From Candidatus Amesbacteria bacterium RIFOXYB1_FULL_44_23 (GTDB taxonomy: Bacteria; Patescibacteriota; Microgenomatia; CAZETR01; Amesbacteraceae), in the NCBI GenBank assembly GCA_001773775.1, contig MEXR01000032.1, positions 7,266 to 71,265 of the forward strand: a stretch of 64,000 nt of DNA, read 5' to 3'. The notes under the pieces were generated by a model. The model did not search any database, was not told the origin of the DNA, and worked only from the letters and a program-made list of their open reading frames with translations. The translations under genes and the position numbers were made by a program. The stretch's first letter is position 1; the number at the start of each line of letters is the position of its first letter. Positions 26,538 through 34,033 of this stretch are shown here, piece after piece.

Positions 26538-27032
26538 CTAGGGTCCTTTTTTTAGGTTAGATCGGAAATTTATCCAACTTATAAAAATTTTTACTCTGTC
26601 AATGAGGCTCAGATTTGAAAGTAAGGTGTCTGCTCTGTCTCCAATGTGTTCAATGTAGTCCTTAAAATAATTTATTTCAGATTGCTTTGGTTCAAAGATT
26701 GATTCCCCGCCGGTGAAGCTGGGAATTTTTTTCCAATCCTGTACAAATGCTCTAATCATGGTTGAGAGTGATGGGTTGTACATTTTGACATTTCTAGCGA
26801 TGTGTATCAGGCGTTGTGATATGTTTTCAGAGAATTTGAGCGATGGTAAACATTGTTCTTCGAATTCGGCCAACCGATCTTGAATTTTATTTCTAAGCTT
26901 GCGTTTTTCGGTCTCATCTTCACCCAAGGATTTAAGCTTATTAGACAAGTTGTAGTTGTAAAATATTCCGATCAAACTGATTACTGCGGGTACTGAGGCT
27001 AAGACCAAAGCAAATTTTTCTGAAAGTGTCAT
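26538..27032 (-). CDS. Hypothetical protein with N-terminal TM
   Basis: ORF 9 nt downstream of the 27042-27968 gene. Confidence 0.7.
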   Translation of the reverse strand: MTLSEKFALVLASVPAVISLIGIFYNYNLSNKLKSLGEDETEKRKLRNKIQDRLAEFEEQCLPSLKFSENISQRLIHIARNVKMYNPSLSTMIRAFVQDWKKIPSFTGGESIFEPKQSEINYFKDYIEHIGDRADTLLSNLSLIDRVKIFISWINFRSNLKKGP

Positions 27033-27041
27033 ATATTACGT

Positions 27042-27968
27042 TTATGCAAAAAGTTTTGTTATTTCCGAATCCCATGATTCAGTATGGATAACTCTTTTGA
27101 TCGATAAATTGCCTTGTATTATCTGTGCTTTGGTGAGTTTGGAAAGGGTTTCCCAGTTGTTCCCAAATACGTAAGTGGCGTTGCCATACTTGATGCACTC
27201 GAGTAGGTAAAAGCCTCTTTGCCCAAAGCCAAAAACTACATACCCCTGAAAACCGCCAAAACCAATGGCGTGTAGGGTGGGTTTGTAACTTCGAATTTTG
27301 TCTACCCTATGTGTAGCCCATGGCTGGTTACCTTTGGGTAGCTGATTTATGACCGTTTTTAATCTATCGGACACCCTTTCCCAGGGGTATTCACCTGGTG
27401 GGAGTATTTCCCAGTTGAGTCTTACTTCTTTAGGTGAAAAGTAACCTTCGAGATTATTGGAGACAATGTCGAATTCACCAAAAATTTCAAGCATCAAGTT
27501 TGCGAGGTGGAGAACTTCCTTTTCGTTTTCTGGTTTGCTTTGAACTACCCGGCTGGAAAACATGAGTTCGCCTGTTGGAGTTTGAAGTATTTCGAGTTCT
27601 TCTGAGGGTGGTAGCACTTTTTCTCTGGGATATCTTTGGTAAGGAACATCAACAAATTTGCTCATTGGAACTGTGTTGTAACGGCCGTCCCATTGTTTCC
27701 AATGCCACTTGACTGTGCGGTAAGCAGTTTCCATTGGTAGATCAGTTCTTTTTATTTCCTTGCCCAGGGCATTGAATCTGGTAGTTGGGCCAAATGTGGG
27801 TGGGGGGAGTATTTTGTGACCTACTGAAATGGGTAAGTTGAAACCAATTCTAATGGCTATCTGGTCAGTGGTGGAGTTGGTGGTGGCAATGAGTCGAAAT
27901 TGTTCACCTGGTTTTAAGAATCCAAAATAAGACTTGTAATCGTGGATTGACGTCTTTTTAATCTTCAT
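27042..27968 (-). CDS. Conserved-looking hypothetical protein
   Basis: LNWEILPPGEYPW, GFQGYVVFGF, GNATYVF...W.TLSKLTK, RVIH...W. Confidence 0.8.
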   Translation of the reverse strand: MKIKKTSIHDYKSYFGFLKPGEQFRLIATTNSTTDQIAIRIGFNLPISVGHKILPPPTFGPTTRFNALGKEIKRTDLPMETAYRTVKWHWKQWDGRYNTVPMSKFVDVPYQRYPREKVLPPSEELEILQTPTGELMFSSRVVQSKPENEKEVLHLANLMLEIFGEFDIVSNNLEGYFSPKEVRLNWEILPPGEYPWERVSDRLKTVINQLPKGNQPWATHRVDKIRSYKPTLHAIGFGGFQGYVVFGFGQRGFYLLECIKYGNATYVFGNNWETLSKLTKAQIIQGNLSIKRVIHTESWDSEITKLFA

Positions 27969-28051
27969 GAGGCTGATTGTACCACAATTTCTGGTAAATG
28001 CAAGATTGTTCTTGTATAGTGTGTTATGATTTAATACGATTGAAAGGCATT

Positions 28052-28669
28052 ATGGTAGGATTACATCCAAGGCAAATAAAAATTCTGGAGCTGCTGAAAG
28101 GTGGTGATGGCCAGGGTTTAAGCGTGAGGGAGATTCAGAACTTACTTGGGATTTCCTCACCAAGTGTTGTTCAGCACCACATTGTTCAATTGGAGCGGAA
28201 GGGTTATCTTCGCAGAAATCCTAATAACCCTCAGGATTTTCAGGTTTTGGCTGATAGCCCTGATAGGGAAGTGACCTATTTGAACGTTTATGGGTTGGCT
28301 CAGTGTGGTCCAGGAGGGAGAATTCTTGATGGCAATCCCATTGAGAGAGTTCCCATCAGCTCAAAATTGCTTGGATTCTCCTCCTCGGAAGCATTTATGG
28401 TTAAGGCGAAAGGAGATTCGATGGTGCCACTTATTGCTGAGAACGACTATGTGGTTGCTAGGGTAACGAATGACAAACCACCTGGGGGTGAAATTGTTGT
28501 TGCTGTCAATGATGGTAATGCGACAATAAAAAAAATAAATTATTCAGGAGGTGAGGTTGTCTTGTCGTCTATTAACAGGGATTATTCGCCAATGATTGTA
28601 TCGCCAGATTTCAGGGTGGAGGGTGTAGTTAGAGGTGTATATAAATATGCCAATCCCACGGTAAAATAA
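28052..28669 (+). CDS. LexA/CI-like repressor (HTH + S24 peptidase)
   Basis: LSVREIQ..LGISSPSVVQHH..QLERKGYL; GDSM (Ser); ATIKK (Lys); Cys-Gly at the cleavage position. Confidence 0.88.
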   Translation: MVGLHPRQIKILELLKGGDGQGLSVREIQNLLGISSPSVVQHHIVQLERKGYLRRNPNNPQDFQVLADSPDREVTYLNVYGLAQCGPGGRILDGNPIERVPISSKLLGFSSSEAFMVKAKGDSMVPLIAENDYVVARVTNDKPPGGEIVVAVNDGNATIKKINYSGGEVVLSSINRDYSPMIVSPDFRVEGVVRGVYKYANPTVK

Positions 28670-28769
28670 TTTATGGCGAAAATATCATGGTCGGAGGCAT
28701 TGGCTGATTATTTGGGGGGATGAGACGTCGAGTTACCAATCCTTGGTGGGGAAATTTGGGGTATCGAAG

Positions 28770-28840
28770 CAGGGACGGGAGGAATCGAACCTCCACTAGA
28801 GCTTTTGGAGAGCCCAGGTCTACCATTAACCTACGTCCCT
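28770..28840 (-). tRNA. tRNA-Trp (CCA)
   Basis: AGGGACGTAGGTTAATGGTAGACCTGGGCTCTCCAAAAGCTC...GGTTCGATTCCTCCCGTCCCTG cloverleaf. Confidence 0.95.
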
Positions 28841-28881
28841 AGACAGTTTAATTTTACAGGAGTTGCTGAAGAAAGAGAAGC

Positions 28882-29055
28882 TTACTTGAGTTTGGCGTTT
28901 TCCTTGTGGGTGGTGTGCTTTCGGCACTTCTTACAGAATTTATCCAACTGGATTTTTTCGGGGACGTTAACCTTGTTACGTTCTCCGATATAGTTTTGGG
29001 TTTTGCAGACGCTGCAAACAAAACCAAAGATCTGACGGGCACCTTTTTTGGCCAT
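28882..29055 (-). CDS. rpmG: 50S ribosomal protein L33 (Zn-binding C+ type; below the ORF-track cutoff)
   Basis: MAKKGARQIFGFVCSVCKTQNY...KFCKKCRKHTTHKE. Confidence 0.95.
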   Translation of the reverse strand: MAKKGARQIFGFVCSVCKTQNYIGERNKVNVPEKIQLDKFCKKCRKHTTHKENAKLK

Positions 29056-29090
29056 AGTTTTGTGATTTTACTCGAAACTGCCTCCCATGT

Positions 29091-29501
29091 CTATTGGGTG
29101 ACTGGCGGAACTGGGGTAGCAGCCGCTGGTTGGGTTGGCATGTTCCAGGCCGGAGAAACTGGAGCCGGAGCACTTGAGAGCGGTGCTTGTGGCATTGTTG
29201 CCGGAGCCATGGGAACTACGGGTTCTGGGGCTACTGGAGCTATGACAACCGGTTCCGGAGCCATTACCGGTGGTGGGGTCACGACAGGGGTCGGACTGAA
29301 AACCGGAGTGGGGGGAACGCTGACTGTGGCTGCTGCCTGGTCAATACTGGCCTGAGCCTGACTGACGTCTGGGGCGACTGAGGCTGCTGTGGTTGCGGTA
29401 GAGTTTTCTACGCCACAACGTTCGCATACCCAAACAGTGCGGCCATCGTTGGTGGTAACAGCTTGACAGTTGACGCAGTTAATTGGTTGTTGAGGATCCA
29501 A
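29091..29501 (-). CDS. Zn-ribbon + Pro/Ala-rich disordered protein
   Basis: CVNC...WVCERCG, TTG start with GGGGGTG SD. Confidence 0.7.
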   Translation of the reverse strand: MDPQQPINCVNCQAVTTNDGRTVWVCERCGVENSTATTAASVAPDVSQAQASIDQAAATVSVPPTPVFSPTPVVTPPPVMAPEPVVIAPVAPEPVVPMAPATMPQAPLSSAPAPVSPAWNMPTQPAAATPVPPVTQ

Positions 29502-29604
29502 AAAAATTCACCCCCTGATAAATTGCGCGAAAATAAATTGCGCAATAGCCTGTTAACTATATGTGATAATTGACACCCCGGTCAAGACACAACACAATGG
29601 ATAG

Positions 29605-30816
29605 GTGGACTACGCAAGTAAGTTGGGGGGAATGCAAAGCTTTTCATTGTCGGGAATGTCTTCCCCGGTTGAGATTGTGGACCAGGTGATCGGTCAGGCG
29701 GTAAAAGATTCGGCTTCGGATATTTTGTTTGAGCCTCAGGAGAAAGATGTGGCGGTCAGACTGAGAGTAGATGGAGTGCTGCAGGTGGTGGGAGTAATGC
29801 CGCACGGAGCTTACGATCAGGTGCTGTCAAGAATCAAGGTGTTGGGAAATATGGACGTAACTGAAAGCAGGAAACCTCAGGAATCAAAGATAAGATTTGA
29901 AGTGGACGGGCATCCGTATGTGCTAAGGGCTGCTATTGTATCTACCAATTTCGGACAAATGGTGGCTTTAAGAGTTCTTGACGCCCCTAAATTCACTGAA
30001 TTTACGGATTTGGGAATGTCGGCTGACCTGTCAGATAAAATCAAAAAGAACATTTCCGGGAGATACGGATTGTTTTTGGTCTGCGGACCGACGGGATCCG
30101 GAAAAACTACAACGGTGCATGCCTGTTTGAAGCATTTAAATGATGGGGAAGTAAATATCATGACCTTGGAAGACCCGATTGAATACATCATGGGCGGAAT
30201 TAATCAGATGCAGATTGGGGAAGAGGTGGGATTGGACTTTGTTTCCGGACTGAAACTTATTTTGCGACTGAATCCGGACATTGTTTTTGTGGGAGAAATC
30301 CGGGATGCGGAAACGGCCCGGATTGCGGTTCAGGCATCACTGACCGGGCATTTGGTTATTTCAACAATTCACGCCCGAAACAGTGTGGGAGCGTTGTACA
30401 GATTGATAGATTTGGGAGTGGACCGATACATGATCAATTACGCCCTGCGGGCAATTGTGTCACAAAGGCTGATGCGGCGGGTGTGTGACCACTGTAAGGA
30501 AGAGTATGCACCGGAACAAACTGAGGTGAAGGCATATGTCACCGAAAAAGGAGCACCGCCTTCAAGGCTTGTGCATGGAAGGGGATGTGATTTGTGTAAT
30601 CAGACCAAGTATCGGGGCAGGGTGGGAATTTACGAGCTGTTAGAAATGGACGATGGTGTAAGGCAAATGGTGACTTCAGTGGCATCAGAATCAGAATTCA
30701 GGGCTGGTTTAAACAGTAAAGGTTGGGTGGGAATGAACCACGAGGGGATTAGACTGGTGGATGAAGGAGTAACTTCACTGCGGGAGTTTGTGAGAACAAT
30801 GTACGATGCGAGGTAA
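29605..30816 (+). CDS. PilB/GspE-family type IV pilus assembly ATPase
   Basis: ASDILFEP, RLRVDG, GPTGSGKTTT, TLEDPIEY, GEIRD, TGHLV.STIH, tetracysteine motif. Confidence 0.93.
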   Translation: MDYASKLGGMQSFSLSGMSSPVEIVDQVIGQAVKDSASDILFEPQEKDVAVRLRVDGVLQVVGVMPHGAYDQVLSRIKVLGNMDVTESRKPQESKIRFEVDGHPYVLRAAIVSTNFGQMVALRVLDAPKFTEFTDLGMSADLSDKIKKNISGRYGLFLVCGPTGSGKTTTVHACLKHLNDGEVNIMTLEDPIEYIMGGINQMQIGEEVGLDFVSGLKLILRLNPDIVFVGEIRDAETARIAVQASLTGHLVISTIHARNSVGALYRLIDLGVDRYMINYALRAIVSQRLMRRVCDHCKEEYAPEQTEVKAYVTEKGAPPSRLVHGRGCDLCNQTKYRGRVGIYELLEMDDGVRQMVTSVASESEFRAGLNSKGWVGMNHEGIRLVDEGVTSLREFVRTMYDAR

Positions 30817-30827
30817 TAGAAGTGAGC

Positions 30828-30902
30828 TGGAGCCTGGAGTGAGAATCGGACTCACGACTTCATTCTTACCAAGAATGCGTTCTGCCACTGAACTACCCAG
30901 GC
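30828..30902 (-). tRNA. tRNA-Thr (GGT)
   Basis: GCCTGGGTAGTTCAGTGGCAGAAC-GCATTCTTGGTAAGAATG-...CCAGGCTCCA. Confidence 0.95.
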
Positions 30903-30958
30903 GACGTAATTATTATATCTGACTAAATGCTGATGTGAAGAGTTAAAGACCCTTTAGA

Positions 30959-31312
30959 CTACTTACTTTCTTTTCGGGTGTCGTAAAGTCGGCGGGTAAG
31001 ATCCTCGCTGGCCAGAATCCACTTGTGATGAGTGGTTTGGTTGACGTATTTTAGTTGAAAGCTTAGATCGAGAAGAGCGGTAATTTTAGCTATGGATAAA
31101 ATGCATTTTTCCAAAGTTTTGGGCACATCTGATTCTGAGAATCGGGTTGAACTTTCGGCAAAGTCTTCCAAAAGTGAAGTACCCAGGTTGCGAATTTGGG
31201 GAATCAAGCCTGAGCTTTCATAGCTGGGGAAACTACCGGTGAGGACAAACAGGTCTTTGGTATATTGACGGAGTTGTTCGTAAAGAACTTGATTTAGAAA
31301 TTTAAAGGACAT
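30959..31312 (-). CDS. Four-helix-bundle protein (23S IVS/bAvd-like family, divergent)
   Basis: LTGSFPSYESSGLIPQIR...FAES pattern. Confidence 0.7.
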   Translation of the reverse strand: MSFKFLNQVLYEQLRQYTKDLFVLTGSFPSYESSGLIPQIRNLGTSLLEDFAESSTRFSESDVPKTLEKCILSIAKITALLDLSFQLKYVNQTTHHKWILASEDLTRRLYDTRKESK

Positions 31313-31332
31313 GATAAATTTATATCACAATT

Positions 31333-32100
31333 TTATCTGAAAGTTAGAAGAGAAGTCTCTAAAAGATCCTTGTGTTTGTCCCAGGCGGATTCGAGTGAGG
31401 TGGCGGTGACAATATACGCCCGGCTATCTTCAATGAGAATGAGTTGGATATTTTTGATGTGAAAGACACCCTGAACAAAAGTGCCGCCAATGATTCTGGC
31501 CTGGGATCCGGCTGTTGTTGTAACCGGCCGATCTTCGGTTGAGCGATAGTTTTGCAAAAGCTTGGGCAGCATCTCTTTGGTGGCGGCTACATAGGTATCC
31601 AAATCTAGACCGGGAACCGATTCTGAGGTGACGTTGATATTGGTGGTGAACTGGTTTTCGCCTTCTTTGTCCGTTTGGTTGTTAAAGAAAAAAACCAGGG
31701 TGCCAAATTGTCCGCTTTCGTCCGTTCGCCAACCTTTGGGGGCATTGATTTTGAAACCAAATTTAGAGTTGGTGTACGCAGTCTGTTCGAGAGAACTTGA
31801 AACTGATTGCTGGGTGGGAGCGGGTTTGGGATCGATAAGGAGTTCGGTTGATGGTTTTTTGGTGTTAACAAAGAAATAAATACCGATTGAAGCCAGGCTG
31901 ACTAGTAAAATAGCGATAAAGCCGGTTAAGAGGTGGTTTTTAGGACGGGGTGGGGCAATGGTGGTAGTGGCCTGAGATAGAGCTTCGTCGATGTCGTGCT
32001 GCTGCCATCCTTGTTGGATCAGGGTTTGGATGATTGATGAGGGCGATATCCCAGACTGGATTTGTTGCCTGATGTAGTCGAGCAGTTGCTGATTTGCCAT
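31333..32100 (-). CDS. Membrane-anchored PsbP/DcrB-like protein
   Basis: MANQQLLDYIRQQ...GWQQHDIDEA N-domain, TM, YTNSKFGFKINAPKGW. Confidence 0.8.
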   Translation of the reverse strand: MANQQLLDYIRQQIQSGISPSSIIQTLIQQGWQQHDIDEALSQATTTIAPPRPKNHLLTGFIAILLVSLASIGIYFFVNTKKPSTELLIDPKPAPTQQSVSSSLEQTAYTNSKFGFKINAPKGWRTDESGQFGTLVFFFNNQTDKEGENQFTTNINVTSESVPGLDLDTYVAATKEMLPKLLQNYRSTEDRPVTTTAGSQARIIGGTFVQGVFHIKNIQLILIEDSRAYIVTATSLESAWDKHKDLLETSLLTFR

Positions 32101-32184
32101 GGTGCCGGGAGCAGGATTCGAACCTACGTAGCCTAAGGCGCCTGATTTACAGTCAGGTGTGATTGACCGCTCCACCATCCCGGC
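32100..32184 (-). tRNA. tRNA-Tyr (GTA)
   Basis: GCCGGGATGGTGGAGCGGTCAATCACACCTGACTGTAAATCAGG, long variable arm, GGTTCGAATCC...GGCACCA. Confidence 0.95.
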
Positions 32185-32274
32185 GATAATTATGATTTTA
32201 ACAAAATTCAGACGCTTCGTGTTGCTGACGGTCAAATCTTTAAGTACTTGAACTCTTGTTACTGACGAAATATA

Positions 32275-33054
32275 TCATTCCCAATCTTCGATTAGGGGTC
32301 GATATTCTCTTTGAATTTCTAAATATGATTTTTTGAGAATGACTTCAAGTTTTATCTGGGGGAATAGATGTCTAAATAAAGCATCTCTTTCTTGTGAATA
32401 TAAATTCATGTAGTTTTTAACTTCGATATAAGTTTTAACTTTAGGCAAATAGAAGTCTGGACGGTAGGTGTGGATTCCTAGATTAAAACGTCTGGGGGCA
32501 TATTGCCATTTAATCCCGACTAAATTGAACGTTCTGGCAAGATTGGCTTCCCATGTACTATAAAAACAAATTTTGGGATCAATATCGATTCTTACTCCAG
32601 ATTTGCCTTTTGAGGCCTTAGGCGACGTGGTTTGATGGCCAATCGTGGTTATGGCACAAAGAGAGCTACAGTATTTTCGTGACTTTGTTAAGTACCTGGC
32701 GACTTTAAATATTTGTTTACAATCAGGGTTTTGGCAGGTCAGGGTGACAAGTGGCAATTTTACTTGTTTAGGAGGTCTGATCCCGGCAAGTTTGAGACAT
32801 TTCGAAATTTTATTTCTGATTATTTCTGGCATGTGTTTTCCCGTGTTGTGAAACTGAGCCGAACATCTTCTTGAACAGAATATTTGCCTAGCGTACGGCT
32901 TTGTCTCAAAAATACTTGAACATTTTGGGTTGGGACAAACCTTGGTAATAGTGGGGCTAGTTAACTTTGTATATTTTCCAGCTAGCCAATTGGCTTTAGT
33001 AATGCGGGATTGTTTGGATCGATACGTAGGGGTTTGGTAGAACTGGGGTGCCAC
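32275..33054 (-). CDS. Zn-finger + PD-(D/E)XK nuclease (homing-endonuclease-like)
   Basis: CPNPKC...FCSRRC, CQNPDC...YCSSLC, STWEANLAR, YRPDFYLP...IEVKNY. Confidence 0.8.
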   Translation of the reverse strand: MAPQFYQTPTYRSKQSRITKANWLAGKYTKLTSPTITKVCPNPKCSSIFETKPYARQIFCSRRCSAQFHNTGKHMPEIIRNKISKCLKLAGIRPPKQVKLPLVTLTCQNPDCKQIFKVARYLTKSRKYCSSLCAITTIGHQTTSPKASKGKSGVRIDIDPKICFYSTWEANLARTFNLVGIKWQYAPRRFNLGIHTYRPDFYLPKVKTYIEVKNYMNLYSQERDALFRHLFPQIKLEVILKKSYLEIQREYRPLIEDWE

Positions 33055-33103
33055 ACTTTAATTATTCCGAAATTTACCCGAATGTCAAGAGAAATAGATT
33101 ATG

Positions 33104-33174
33104 AGCCGATGGGCAGAATTGAACTGCCGTCTGAGGGTTACAAAACCTCGGCTCTGCCATTGAGCTACATCGGC
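33104..33174 (-). tRNA. tRNA-Thr (TGT)
   Basis: GCCGATGTAGCTCAATGGCAGAGC-CGAGGTTTTGTAACCCTC-...GTTCAATTCTGCCCATCGGCT. Confidence 0.9.
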
Positions 33175-33196
33175 TTAACTAAGATGATTTTACAAT

Positions 33197-33381
33197 AAAA
33201 AGTCCTGCCAATAGGGATGAAAGGTTTCTCCCTGAGGGAACTCAGGTGGGCGAGCTGTTCTGACAACTAATGGAGTCAGAAACGATTTCAAAAGTACTAG
33301 GACGTTTGAAATATTAAGCAAGCCCTGAGAAATTTAAATAGTCAAGGAAAACATCCTTTGCTATCCCATTTTGACAGGACC
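33197..33381 (-). ncRNA. ssrS: 6S RNA candidate
   Basis: ~185 nt; ends pair (GTCCTG..GGGAT / ATCCC..CAGGAC); internal TTGAC and CCCACCTG...CAGG like Firmicutes-type 6S; TATAAT at 33387-33392; T-run at the 3' end. Confidence 0.7.
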
Positions 33382-33418
33382 CTTTAATTATATAGGAAGA
33401 GCGCAATAGGGGAAATGG

Positions 33419-34033
33419 CTAAGGAAACAGAAAACCGAGAAGAAAATTGGCGATGGGGGAAACAAGGAGTGAGGCGATTGACGCCCCACCAATAATAGGC
33501 AGAATCAGGAGTAACAAAATAAGAGGCCGGTTTTGGTTTTGATAGCGAAGGGCGGATTCGTTGGACATGAGAAGGCCAATAATTTTAGAGCCATCCAGTG
33601 GGGGAACTGGGATTAAATTAAACAGGGCCAAGAAAATATTCAGGCGGACTAAAGAATAAACAACTGCACCTACTAGCATGGGCGGGCTGGTGAAATTTAA
33701 AACAACAGCCAATAAGACAGCCATGATTAAATTACTGGCCGGTCCGGCCAGGGCGATTAAGGCGGTATCCTTTTTGGGATTTTTTAAATTGAAGGGGTCA
33801 AAAGGGGCAGGTTTTCCCCAACCAAAAAAACCGGTGACTAAAATAACCAAAGTTCCCATGGGGTCTAAATGGGCCAGGGGATTTAAGGTAGTCCGGCCCA
33901 GGGAACGGGGAGTGGGGTCTCCCAGATAATCGGCCATGTAGGCGTGGGCTGCCTCATGAATACCGATGGCCATAATTAATCCACCGAAAATAAGCGCAAA
34001 AGCAGCCGGTGAGGAAACCAGGAGATCAAGCAT
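33419..34033 (-). CDS. Site-2 protease (M50)
   Basis: HEAAH, NPLAHLDP, LAGPASN, FNLIPVPPLDG. Confidence 0.93.
   Translation of the reverse strand: MLDLLVSSPAAFALIFGGLIMAIGIHEAAHAYMADYLGDPTPRSLGRTTLNPLAHLDPMGTLVILVTGFFGWGKPAPFDPFNLKNPKKDTALIALAGPASNLIMAVLLAVVLNFTSPPMLVGAVVYSLVRLNIFLALFNLIPVPPLDGSKIIGLLMSNESALRYQNQNRPLILLLLILPIIGGASIASLLVSPIANFLLGFLFP

Larger units (their letters stand above)
4527..28769. mobile_element. Accretion island (~24 kb) between tRNA-Trp and secE
   Basis: rpmG-tRNA-Trp and secE-nusG-rplK, normally adjacent, lie on the same strand either side of mixed-orientation accessory genes. No integrase visible. Confidence 0.5.

Noticed and set aside
26538-28769. Intact prophage
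   Set aside because: Only a repressor-like gene; no structural, terminase, replication or integrase genes.
28805-29355. Track ORFs 28805-28993, 28854-29042 and 28906-29355
   Set aside because: Shadows or wrong frames over tRNA-Trp, rpmG and the Zn-ribbon gene.
29518-29547. ATAAATTGCGC tandem/palindrome between divergent genes
   Set aside because: Could be an operator or small hairpin, but it is short and seen once; not enough support.
30959-31312. Diversity-generating retroelement (Avd-like gene)
   Set aside because: No reverse transcriptase or TR/VR pair seen; stand-alone four-helix-bundle genes are common.
32101-32235. N-terminal extension of the 300-aa ORF in the track
   Set aside because: It reads through the tRNA-Tyr gene; ATG 32100 is the plausible start.
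32185-33103. Nuclease encoded inside a tRNA intron
   Set aside because: Both flanking tRNAs are complete and uninterrupted, and I see no split tRNA halves or group I core.
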